Of a stretch of 64,000 nt of DNA, positions 11,514 through 23,500 are shown piece by piece; the first letter of the stretch is position 1, and every line of letters starts with the position of its first letter. Under the pieces are notes generated by a model that made no database searches, had not been told where the DNA came from, and saw nothing but the letters and a program-made list of their open reading frames with translations. The DNA lies in assembly GCA_965153285.1 (NCBI GenBank), contig OZ229115.1. One strand, given 5' to 3'. The DNA is from Podarcis tiliguerta (Eukaryota). The position numbers and the translations under genes were made by a program.

Positions 11514-14219
11514 CTTCAGATGAAGCAGCAGGAAAAAGAAGGGAAAGCAAAGAGCAAAGGAAAGATGAACATTTTGATCAGAGTTTACAATTCAATTCTT
11601 TCAAGACATTCTCTTCAAACATTCTAATTTTTGCACAAAAGGAATGATCCATAATTGCACTGTGTGAACACTCCCAGTGCTTTCATTAATTGTAAAAGTG
11701 GTTAATAAAAGGACTCCTGCGAAAATAATGACTTGGTTTTTGTACTTTTCAGCATGTTTTAGCAGAACAATTATCACTTAGTGAAAAAAAGAAATCCATA
11801 AAATGGTGCCTTTTATCCATATGAAAAGTAGCACTGTTACATCTAATCCATTTTTCTACCTAGGTAATTAATTCAGTATTAGAATTCATGACATCGGATT
11901 ATCAAAGAAGCAGCAACACATGAACCAAAGGATTACATAGCAGCATTCCTAAATGTGCCTATTTATTGTGGTCAGAAACTGCTATGTTAAAATATCCAAT
12001 GCCACTTGGTAACATGATTAAAGTGTAAGATTTTAAACTTTTTTTAAAAAAGAACATAGTTTTGCCCTGGACTATGTTCGTAGTGACAAAACACAGAATA
12101 AAAAGCATTCTGGGCAACAATACAAGTCGTGGAGAAAACACATAAGCAGCAGTAATATGAGGTAGGTGTTAATTGGTGAGAATAGTAAATCTATAAGAAG
12201 ACCAGATCCAGAAAGATGTATGAATAGTAAGTGTGGAAGTGTGTGAAATTTTCTGAGTATTTTAATCCCAGAATTTGCTGCTCACGAGACTCCCATGTCT
12301 TTTGAAAAGCGATTTAGGGAACTGGCACAAAAGATTCTTAACTGAGAAATTCTCCTTATGCGTTCAGGCTATCTTCTTTCTTAAAGTAACCCTTTAGACA
12401 AATATTTTTAAACTTCTTTTTGCTCTTAAAAAGAGAAGCATGAGGGTTCTACGGAGGCAGTTTATGAGAGAAAAACAGGTATCAAGAGAAATCTGGTTGC
12501 ATGGATGAGTGAAGTATGTGAGCATCTTTGGATCGTGGCCAAAAGAAGCCCATAAATCAGGTGTGGGAACCTTTGGACCACCAGATATGGCTGAAATACA
12601 ACTCCTAGAATCCCAGGTCATTGGACATGTTTGTGCAGGCTGGTGGAAGGTGTTGTTCAGGGCTGAAGGTTCCCCACAACTGGAATAAGTGATGTTGAAG
12701 TTTATTGGATCAAAAGATTGTTCTGGTGATGAATGCCAGTCCCCCACGCCCCAAATAACAACAAACTGTGTGTGTTTTGCTTTTAAAAGTACATTCAACT
12801 GAAGATTCCATATTGTGTTTCTACAGAAGATAATCGGAATTGGTTCATAGGCTTTGATATTTTTAGTTAGAGGCCTTTTTTGATACATAAACTGAAATGT
12901 ACAATTTCTGTAAATGTTCATGCAAAAGGTGTCACTGCAAGATTTACACACACACACACACACACACACAATAATAATACAATATTCACACATGTTTCTG
13001 AGCAACAAACATTTGCACTGTGCCAGATACAGGTTTTGTAGGGCACTTGGGCAAGACAATCCCATTCCCTGAGAAGGTCCACATCCTCCTCACCATGGCT
13101 GCCTATTCCCTTCCCCACTCCATCTGAGCCCAATCTGTACAACTGCCTAGATGTAGAATAAGGCAAGTAGAGGATGCTGCTGTGTCTCCTCACTTTTCGC
13201 TGCAGCTCAGCTGCTTGATGCTCAAGTTGCATCTATGGGCAAGGGTGCCTATTTCCATCTTTGCTTGGTGCAACAGTTGTGGCCCTTCTGAGATAAGGAG
13301 TTGCCCACCATGGACTACTGCAATATATTTTGCATGTGGTGCTTTGGAAGAGTGTGTCTGGGCAACAGTACAGTAGTTGAACTCTTAACTGGTGCCAATA
13401 GACCATAAGAGGCTAATCAGAAATGTGCAGTTTTGGTTAATGTTAAGTTTCCAACCCAATTCAAAGTGGTGGCTTTGAGCTTTAAGCTCTGCAAAGTCTT
13501 GGCTATAATATTTGAAGAAATACCTCTTCCATGCTGGGCCCTGCCCCATCATGGCTTTGAGTGCCCTCCTCACCATCTGAAATGTGGCAAGATGCCACCT
13601 AAACTGGACATTCTTGGTGATAGCACTCTTTGCTCTAGCTATCCCTACTGAAGGAGATCTACCTAGCTGACTCCCTTTTATCTTTAGGAAGACTTCCTGT
13701 CAAATACGACCTACTTATTATATGTTAGAAAATAAATTTTAAGTGTGTTTTACTTGACTGGACTGCTAAAATAACTGCATGTGACCTTTCCCCTACGGGT
13801 AGGATGACTCCAAATGAACTAAACGGACATTATTATAAACCAAATTTACACAAGATTTAACTTGGCTCCATCTCCCACTTTGTCATTTTTAAGCTCATTT
13901 AATACAACACCACTGTGAAATTGATTTTAAGATGACAAAACTATTATTAAAGATTCCTTGATATTATCCTGGGATTACATTGCTGTAATGAAGTTGCTTG
14001 AAACTCATAACCTTGCAGACAAATTAGTGCAGCTTTCTGCATGAATAAGAGTAGCATTAGCACAAACCATCACTTCAGTAGCTAATGGCAACAACCAAAC
14101 CAATCGCTTAATCAGGCTTCCAACTTTAAAAATATGAATGTTCCATTATATGAAAGATAAAGAGGGGAGGAAGCACAACTTCCACAAGTCCCCAACCACT
14201 GGCTGTGCTGGCTGGAATA

Positions 14220-14582
14220 AAGGTAAAGGTACCCCTGCCCGTACGGGCCAGTCGTGTCCGACTCTAGGGTTGCGTGCTCATCTCGCTCTAGAGGCTGTGA
14301 GCCGGCACCGTCCGAAGACACTTCCGGGTCACGTGGCCAGCGTGATGAAGCTGCAGCTGGCGAGCCAGCACCAGCGCAGCACACGGAAACGCCGTTTACC
14401 TTCCCGCTATAAAGCGCTACCTATTTATCTACTTGCACTTAAGAGTGCTTTCGAACTGCTAGATGGGCAGGAGCTGGGACCGAACGACGGGAGCTCACCC
14501 CGCCGCGGGGTTTCGAACCGCCGACCATACGATCAGCAAGTCCTAGGCACTGAGGTTTTACCCACAGCGCCACCCGCATCCC
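14220..14582 (-). mobile_element. Sauria SINE (Squam1), full length
   Basis: Minus strand begins GGGATGCGGGTGGCGCTGTGGG and ends (ACCTTT)n; 14-bp TSD TGCTGGCTGGAATA at 14206-14219 and 14583-14596. Confidence 0.9.
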
Positions 14583-15417
14583 TGCTGGCTGGAATACCTG
14601 CCTCCAACAACTGCAGAAAGCAGCTCTGCAGCTCTTTCCAATTTGGGCAGAGAGGGGTGAAAAATTACAAATCCAAGTGAAGGTTAAAGCCATGACAAGG
14701 TCCTCCAATCACAGTATCGCAGTGTATGTGGGGGATGGGGAGGTATAAATCTATGAACTGGTGTGACTTAACACACTAGTGTTTCTTAACCTGACCCAGT
14801 TCTGAGTCAGTTAATTACAGTCTCCAGTGAAGCAAATAATTTAGCTCCCCCGTACACAATGAAAACAAACTGGGGACAGGGGGAGGACAGGGCAAAAGAA
14901 GGGAGACCAAAGTCATCAGAAGTGACAGCTGCAATTATGTGCCTATGTCAGCAACTTTAGGAAAACTGGTGCAGAAATCTAATGTGATGGCTGCACAGCT
15001 GTGAGTGGCACAGTTTAGGAGAGAGCAAGGAAGGGCAGCACACCTCCTCTTGAGATGGAGGAATCCTTGGATCCCAAGAGAAGACCACTTTTGAAGACTG
15101 CAAACATGAAGAATCAAAGGACTGACATGGGTGTCCATGGGTGATGCCAGTGTTTGCCACAAAGTGTAACTCATCATGCACAACTCATTAAGCATCCACA
15201 TATGTGCTAGGCAACCCCTGACTCAATCAAGCACCCAGGTGCTATGAATGACTCTCTGTCATCCAGAAGTACTATGAGAAATGCTGGTGTAACAAGCCAC
15301 TATCATATCTGCTGTGTAAGCTGTGATGCACTGTGAGTGCAATAAGGGGAAATTTATAAACTCTTTAGATTACTTGGTAATTTAGCTCTGGTGAAAGAGT
15401 TTAGCATCATTTAAATA

Positions 15418-15785
15418 AAAAGGTAAAGGTAAAGGTACCCCTGCCCGTACGGACCAGTCTTGCCAGACTCTAGGGTTGTGCGCTCATCTCACTCTAAAGG
15501 CCGGGAGCCAGCGCTGTCCGAAGACACTTCCGGGTCACGTGGCCAGCGTGACAAGCTGCATCTGGCGAGCCAGCGCAGCACACGGAACGCCGTTTACCTT
15601 CCCGCTGGTAAGCGGTCCCTATTTATCTACTTGCACCCGAGGGTGCTTTCGAACTGCTAGGCTGGCAGGCGCTGGGACCGAACAATGGCAGCGCACCCCG
15701 CCGCGGGGATTCGAACCGCCGACCTTTCGATCGGCAAGTCCTAGGTGCTGAGGCTTTAACCCACAGCGCCACCCGCGTCCCTGCT
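15418..15785 (-). mobile_element. Sauria SINE (Squam1), full length
   Basis: Same structure as 14220 copy; 12-bp TSD ATCATTTAAATA at 15406-15417 and 15786-15797. Confidence 0.9.
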
Positions 15786-16995
15786 ATCATTTAAATACTT
15801 GAGTTTAAAAAACACAAACACTTGAAGTTACAATTCTCTGTGGAAAGAGAAGTCACCACACTCTTTTATATTTCATATAAAAGCCATTTTAATTAATAGG
15901 GGCAGCTAAAGAACCCAAACGGGTACAGCTGATGGGTTCTGATTGTATGCAATTCCCTTTAGCTTCCCTATTCCTACAAAAACTCATTTCACTTCTTTCA
16001 CTAGTTTGAAAGAGAACTTGTCCAAGAGTAATAATCTAGGGCAATCGAAAAGCAGGCATGGCAAGGAAATATCTACCTTCAGCACAATCTTTAATAATAA
16101 ACTTTATCTGTTTTGTGTAAATATACAAACTCCTCTAGCACCTTAGAAGCTTACAACTTTAATGTGAAATAGTCTTTCTAAGAAAGAGCTTACTTCAGAT
16201 GGAATTTTAAATGCATCTTTGAATTAAACGTAAACATTTTTAATGCAAATAAATAATGCAAATAGCAGCTGTTGAGGGGTGGAGCTGGAAAACTGATATT
16301 GCAACAGGTGGGGAAGAACAGTTTAACACTTTCCTCCTCTGCCATGGTCATGATGGAAGTTGTTCCTTTGAAGCTATTTGTATTGGAAGAAAATGTCCCA
16401 TTGAAAAACTGGTTGATCAGAGTAATTTAAAAATGAAAGTTCTCTGTGGGGGGAAGCCACATCATTCTGCAGCTACTGCCAGAAAACACCAAGCCCAAAC
16501 CTAGGACCAGCCCCACCAATATTTCCTGAAGGGCATGTATGACTCCTGTTCACAGAGGACAGCCTCTGTTCTCATTAGCACACTATCACAAAGGCCTAAT
16601 TACATTAGGTTTTAGGGCTGGGCTGAAAGTTGGGCTGTGCAGAGGGTGGCCACTCTCGATATGCTACATTCTGCTCTCATTAGGGCAACGTTTTGAGCTG
16701 AATCCATAGCACACACAGAGCAAAGGTTTTTTTCCTACCCCTACATTGTTTTCAGTAACAGTGTTTTGTGGTTCCTTTGTATCAAATGCAAAATTTCTGC
16801 TCAGTTTCTCCCAGAATTTCCCCTGACATCACCAAAACGGAGCCAGGTAAGCAAAATAAGTCTAAATGAAACTCTGATGTTTAAGTCTCTATTCAAAAAG
16901 CAATTTTACAGCTGTTGGGAAATGTATTTCAAAAAGGAAAGTTGGTTGCAGCTGTACTGGGATGTTTGTTGTGCTAGTGCATTTCTTAGACATAC

Positions 16996-17079
16996 CTTTT
17001 GACCTCCTGGAGTTTCCACACTATGATGTTCTTTTAGTTTTTGCTCCTGCTCCATGATGTCTTTTAGGTGTTCGTTTAC
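16996..17079 (-). CDS. CAMSAP2: CAMSAP2 coding exon 4 (84 nt)
   Basis: TTTTAG acceptor and GTATG donor; VNEHLKDIMEQEQKLKEHHSVETPGGQK (not in the ORF track, read manually). Confidence 0.95.
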
Positions 17080-17232
17080 CTAAAATGACAAAAAGAAGGC
17101 CTTCAATGAATTTTGCACTCTTCCTGAGATGAAAAGGACAACTAATTTAATACTTTTTGCGTGTAAAAAAGACATATTGACATAATTTCATTATGTAATG
17201 AGTCATAATTATTTTCAAGATAGTACAGTTTG

Positions 17233-17272
<40 letters not shown>

Positions 17273-17434
17273 TATTAATACCGTCCTTCATCTGAAAATC
17301 ACAGGGCAGTTTACAATATGAAAACACGAAATACATACCATAATTACAAACAATAACAATAACCCCCCAAATAATCATCTTAGGAAAACAAATATCCTAT
17401 GTTAGATGAAGAGTGTATTTGTAGTATGTCTTAC

Positions 17435-17596
17435 CTTATTTATCCAGAACATGACAGCATCTTCTATGTCATAGGGCAGATCCGTAGCTTGGAAGAAGGA
17501 TGAATACTGCTGCACACACGCAATCACCTTCTCAACACTGATCATTTCAACCGTATACGCCATCATAAGGGTGTCAATCATTGCCAAATGAGCACT
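17435..17596 (-). CDS. CAMSAP2: CAMSAP2 coding exon 3 (162 nt)
   Basis: TTTGCAG acceptor and GTAAGA donor; SAHLAMIDTLMMAYTVEMISVEKVIACVQQYSSFFQATDLPYDIEDAVMFWINK. Confidence 0.97.
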
Positions 17597-18269
17597 CTGC
17601 AAAGAGATGTTGTCACAGGTATTTTGAGATTACTTGTCTACAAAAATTAAACCACTGCTTTTTTTTCCTTAAGCAGATGTGTATCTGAAGGACGTCATTC
17701 GCTTAAGACAAAAAAGTATTATTTTTTGCAAGGTGAATGGTCTTAAAATATATTTTAATCAACTGGAAGCACGTCTAAAAGCACAAAGATAAAAGACTGT
17801 AAGATCTCCCTCAAATAATTTAGCAAAGAGTGCCAATATGAAACTCTTTCCAGCGGCTACCTATGGAAGAGGCTCTTTAGGAACATTGGTACCAATTGGT
17901 ATTGAGCATTAAAATAGCACTTTGAGCATCCTAAGTTCTCAAAAGTCATCTGAACAACTCTTTTAAGTATTACATCCTTTAAATGATGTAGCAGTTAAGA
18001 GTGCTGGGTTAGGACTGAGCCAGACCAGACTGGGCCACTCAACCAGAAACCTCACTGTGTGACTTTGAGACAGTTCCTATCCACACATGAGCTTCTCCTG
18101 CAGAGATGTTTTATCCACAGAACTAACAGGCGCAACAGCCGTTGCATCTATTCCAGTAGCCCTAGGGATTCCTGGGCCCAAACAAATGTGGTGTTGCAAG
18201 CAGGTCCCATGCAGAGGCCTACCTAGGATTTTTTTACCCTTGCTTCTTGCCTCGACCTTGCTTCAAGTA

Positions 18270-18494
18270 CAGTGGTACCTTGGGTTACATACGCTTCAGG
18301 TTACAGACTCCGCTAACCCAGAAATATTACCTAAGGTTAAGAACTTTCCTTCAGGATGAGAACAGAAATAGTGCTCCAGCAGCGCGGCAGCAGCAGGAGG
18401 CCCCATTAGCTAAAGTGGTGCTTCAGGTTAAGAACAGTTTCAGGTTAAGAACGGACCTCCAGAACGAATTAAGTACTTAACCCGAGGTACCACT
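18270..18494. mobile_element. Tigger-like MITE (second family)
   Basis: CAGTGGTACCTTGGGTTA ... TAACCCGAGGTACCACT; near-identical to 48404-48645. Confidence 0.85.
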
Positions 18495-20185
18495 TGTCAG
18501 GACTGGTCGTTGTCCTCTTCAGATCACCACACAAACGCTTCTTGTTCTTTTATAACTTTTTATTGCGTATTAACAAAACAATCTTATAAACGGTTCTTAA
18601 ATATTATTCCTCAGAGTCATTTATTTCAGATACCTTCTGAGCTCTGCTTCTCCATGACCAGCCCCCCTCAAAATGGCGGACGCACCCTTCCCTTCGCTTT
18701 CCCGCTCTTTTTTCTAACCTCCTGGCTAGAGCTGGCTTGTATCTCCCCTCCTCCGAATCTGAGCTAGAACTTAATCCTTGCCTTTCCTGGGAACAGCCAG
18801 TCCCTCCCTGTTGTTCCTCTTGCTCTCTTCTATTAGATTCACTGCTCTCCCTCCCCCCTTGGGAAATGCTTTCTCCCTCTGATAAACTGAAAACTTCTAA
18901 CTCTTCCCTGACACCACTGTACATGGATCACGTAAAATGTAGTAATTTGTAATGTTGCTATGGCAGTAAAGTGATTTTTTTTGGGGGGGGGGGTGATGCA
19001 GCTCCTTGCCAAGGGCACAAGGGACCCTAAGCATGCCTCTGTCCCTGTGCAACTTGCTTCCTGAGACCAATGCACAAAGATATCATTATGTCTCCACCGT
19101 CCAACAGGACTGTCGATTTCTTAGCCCATTTAGAAGAGGGACATGGAGCCTGAGACACTTCAGTTGTTCACAACTTCCATGCTCCTCGACCTCTGGCAAT
19201 GCTGGAGTTGGGGGGGGACCACAACATCTGGAGGGCCACAGACTCCCCCACTCAGATTTAGATATTCAATTTGTACAATCTTGTGTACACACAGCTTCTT
19301 TGGAGACCTGTGGATTGACTAAGTAAGAGCAAAAGGATGGGATGCAACCCTCTGCTCAACCTTTCCTTCCACCAGGAATTATTTCCACTTTTAAATATTT
19401 AATGCAAAAGGTTTGTTTTTTTGTTTTTAAAGAAACAAATACAAAGCTGCAATTGGATCGTTTGTAGTTAGGCTTGACTTGATCTGCCAAATAATCTCCA
19501 AAATCTCCTGTAATTACTGCTTACTTTGTGCGAATTCCAGAAGCTTCAGCCATGCTGGAGATTTAGGTCTGCATGGTAAGAAGCTTATTGAGTCTTGAAG
19601 TACAATTATTCTCAAGCACCATAGCTAATGCTTCCTCTGTTTGCCGCATGCTATTTGGGAATTAAATTGCTTTGCACAGGAGAATCTTGTTCAAACATTC
19701 ATTCACACAATCTTTGTCACAGTACACATATGGTAAAGGTTTGCCAGGATTCTCTGCGGTACACATGGTAAAAGTACACTTACATTAAAAGATGTTAACA
19801 AATTAGCTCTGAAGGCTTTATTTCAAAACAAGACAATACTTGAGTCAAGGCAATCCAAATTCAACTATATAGGACCTTATACTATGATTTGCAAGTTACC
19901 ATTAACTAGATATTTTAACTGAGCATTACTACCATAACATTTTTTTAAATGGTTGTTTATATAATTTCAAAGCAGATTATGTCTGATATTTAAATATTTT
20001 TGTGTAAAAGTTTTGCAACTACATCATTCTTTACAAGCTACTTAAAATTCAGGTATCTGAAATTACATTTTTGTTTCTATTTCTCTTTATATTGTTTTAT
20101 CTAAAACAACATTCCTACAGATATTAATATGTCAAATAAAGAGGGGGGGGAAACATTCCTCAAGAAGTGTAGAAGAATGCAAGTA

Positions 20186-20423
20186 CAGTCGTACCTTGGA
20201 AGTTGAACAGAAGTCCGTTCGACTTCCAAAGTGTTCGGAAACCAAAGCGCGGCTTCTGATTGGCAGCAGGAAGCTCCTGCAGCCAATCGGAAGCCATGGA
20301 AGCCTCGTCGGACGTTCAGCTTCCAAAAATAGTTCACAAACCAGAACAGTCTCTTCCAGGTTTGCAATGTCCGGGAGCCAAAACATTCGATAACTAAGGT
20401 GTTAGAAAAACAAGGTACGACTG
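20186..20423. mobile_element. Tigger-like MITE
   Basis: CAGTCGTACCTTG / CAAGGTACGACTG TIRs; TA on left, CA (mutated TA) on right. Confidence 0.85.
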
Positions 20424-20541
20424 CACATATTACACACACCGCTTTATTGTGGTCCATAGATCCAAAATACACAGTACAACAATAGTATATATCAACAGTT
20501 ATTAAGGTGTAAGATCGGACTTGCTAGCCAACAGAGGAGCT

Positions 20542-20579
20542 TTAGCTTCTTGTCCTTTTGGCTAAGATCAAGTGCAGTA
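20542..20579 (+). pseudogene. U2 snRNA 5' fragment (nt 1-38) retropseudogene
   Basis: TTAGCTTCTTGTCCTTTTGGCTAAGATCAAGTGCAGTA vs U2 ATCGCTTCTCGGCCTTTTGGCTAAGATCAAGTGTAGTA, 33/38 identical. Confidence 0.88.
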
Positions 20580-23500
20580 CATATTACAACTTACTACAAC
20601 TACAACATAAAATAATGGATGTATATGGTCACAGGAGATCCTAGCCTCATAGGAGGAAAAGATCTAATCACACAACACTTCAACTGTTGTTAAGACTGGA
20701 GCCCGCAAGGGATGCCGAATCTGAAGCTTAAAGGGTTATTAAGCAGTAATGTAGCCTATATAACTCCAAGTTTTGTCTAACAGGTGGGAACCATGGCAGG
20801 CGTGGCTAATTTGCAGTACTCCAAATATAGTTCAGTTCCAATTTACAACAGCCCCAGATGGCACAGCCCATGATCAGAGATGATGGGAGCTGGAATTCCA
20901 TTACATCTGAAGAGCCACAGGTTAGCCACCACTGAACTATGGAGTAAAACACCAAATGGCTTATTGCATAGCAACAAGCTGCAGGGGTAATGCAGTAAGA
21001 CCTTCCACTGATGGGGATTCTGCTGCTGCTCCTCTTTCTTGCCAGAAACCTGTGTCTCTTCCAGCCTCGACTCTAGTAGTGGGTGGTGTGGTAGGGCACT
21101 TGGTGTGATGCTCACTTGACCTCTGGGCTGCTTGCATCCCTGCTGTTTACAGGAAGTGGAGGTACAAGGCAAAACTGAAGTCCGCACAGTGCAAATGCAC
21201 CAACAACTGGTCATATGTTAACTTAGCATGAGGCATGTAACCACTTGGTTAGGTTTTTTCCTAGCATTCTCCTCACCACCTGGCAGCAACAACTTGCTAT
21301 GCTTTTCCATCTGATTAGAAATCCAGGAGAGTTAAGGTGTGATTCTTTCGGCCATTTGGCTGAATAGCTTGCCAAGTGGCTACTTGCCTCACTAACTCCA
21401 GAATAAAGCTAGGCACACCCAAGAAAGAAAAAGAAGAAAGAATACACATAATATTTCTAAATGCTTGGGGGGGGGGATTGCACTGCAAAATCGCGTGAGA
21501 TCATGGCAACCAAAATGGCTGTCGTGTTCTCACGATAAAAAAAGGGGGGGATGTCCTGGTCTGGGACACTTGCAAGGTATGTAATCCCCTACCCTGCCCT
21601 TTCCTGTCTTATGTCAGACCAAAGGTGGCAACCCTACTCAGACGGTTGTTGTGAGGATAAAATGGGGAGGGGAAGAACCATGCATGTGACCATGAGATCT
21701 CTGCAGGAAAAGTGGGGTATAAATGTAATGTACGCATCATAACAAATGTTAGATGCAGAAGAATTTTGCATGTGTACACATTAAATTATCTGTATGTGCA
21801 AATGAAAGAGCAATGTGGATAAATGCCTATGCATCTGTTTTCTTGCACAAGATTGCCTCTAGGGAACATTTGTTCTTGAAGGTCAATATAAAGGTAAAGC
21901 ATAAGTAGTCTGGATAATGCTGTAGCTGGCATTATGTGAGTGCCACTTGCGTTTCATCTTCACAAAAGACGAAGAAAGTATTTTACAGCATTATGTGAGC
22001 CACCCTCAATTTTTAAAGACTGAACTAGTGAGTGGGGATATTTGTACTACAAAGGGGCTTATTATGGTCAGTTGAGTCCAAGTGGGTGATATCCTAAGTT
22101 ACCAAATCATTCAAGCTTCATAAACAGAAAACCTTCCTAATAAAGTAACCAATTTGGCAATTATTTCTATCAGTCAATTAAATATTTCCCCTCCCCATAC
22201 CGCCACCAGGAACACCAAACAACAATAAGTATGAAGTAACACACACTGAAAAATGTGGTGTTCTATAATCAACAATAAAAAACCCAAAGAGTCAAATTCC
22301 ACTCTTGTGAAAGATTAATTGCAGAACTTGCATGTTGACAGATTCACAGGAATTCCATTTAGCAAGAAGGGTAATTACACTATTATTTAAGTCCCATGGA
22401 ATTATTTTGTACACAGTGCCAAGTTTGGAAATCTTATTTTTTTATTTATGTTGTTTGCAATCTTCTCCATGAAGCATACAATTATTGGAAATAGAAAATG
22501 TCTATTTTTAATTTAGAATGAGATTCTCTAGATCAGGCTGGGGAAACTGTAGCCCTCCAGATGTTGGTGCACTGCAAGCATCCCTGACCACTGGCCATGT
22601 TGTCTGGGGCTGATGGAGTCCAATAACATCCAGAATGCCATTCATTATTCTATAGCTTGACCAATCTAGCAGTGCATTAAGTACAATGATGAATGTTTAA
22701 CTCAACATTTTTTTCCTACACTAGGGGCTGCACCCCTGCTTGCTTCACTTCCCAGCCACACCTACCCTCCACTCCACCCCCAAACCTAGCCAACCCACCC
22801 TAAGACCTTGGCAAAAAAAAAACCTTTACACTGGGCAGCAGACAAGGAGGTTGAAGAGTTGGCCAACGTGCAGTGGCAGAAAGCAAGTGGCTTGCTCTTC
22901 CTTTGCTCACCTTGGGCATTCCCTTCTGTCCCTGAAGTCAGCACAGGGAGCAGGCTGGGCATAGCCTAAGAATTCGACGGGTATCCCTAGGCATGCTCCC
23001 TAACCCTACATGCTACTGACACATTCAACGCCTGGGATGCAGTGGCATCAACGGCAGCAAGGGAACTGCAGGCTGGCTAGCTAATTACCGCTTCTGACCA
23101 CCTTTCTCGTTACTGTGCTGCTCCTTCTGTACCTGATTTGGCCATTTGTGATGCAGATCTCCAGGTCACCTAGGGAAGAAGGAGGTGACCGGGGGATCTG
23201 GCCTTTCCCCATGCACCCAGGCCTTCCTTTAACACTCTCCAAATCATTTTTTCCATTGTCACCTGCTGTTTGCTTCTCACCCAGCTTGCATGAGAGAAAA
23301 AGTCCCACTTACTTGCCCACTCTCCCCTACATATGAACACTCACTCAGTCACCAGTGTGACAATGGACCATATAGCAAATCTAGTACAGAGAAATTTCCT
23401 GCCCCAAGTAATAAGATTACAACAATAGAACAACATCAACGCTTAAACAGAACATTTATTAACAATCAAGTCAAGTGTTGGGCCGTAGCTCCAACTTTCT

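Noticed and set aside
12394-13065. 223-aa ORF
   Set aside because: Spans a (CA)n tract and decayed repeats in an intron; no recognisable domain
14112-15751. ORFs of 67-180 aa
   Set aside because: They lie within Sauria SINEs
20542-20579. Functional U2 snRNA gene
   Set aside because: Only 38 nt, five mismatches including one in the branch-pairing motif, and no Sm site
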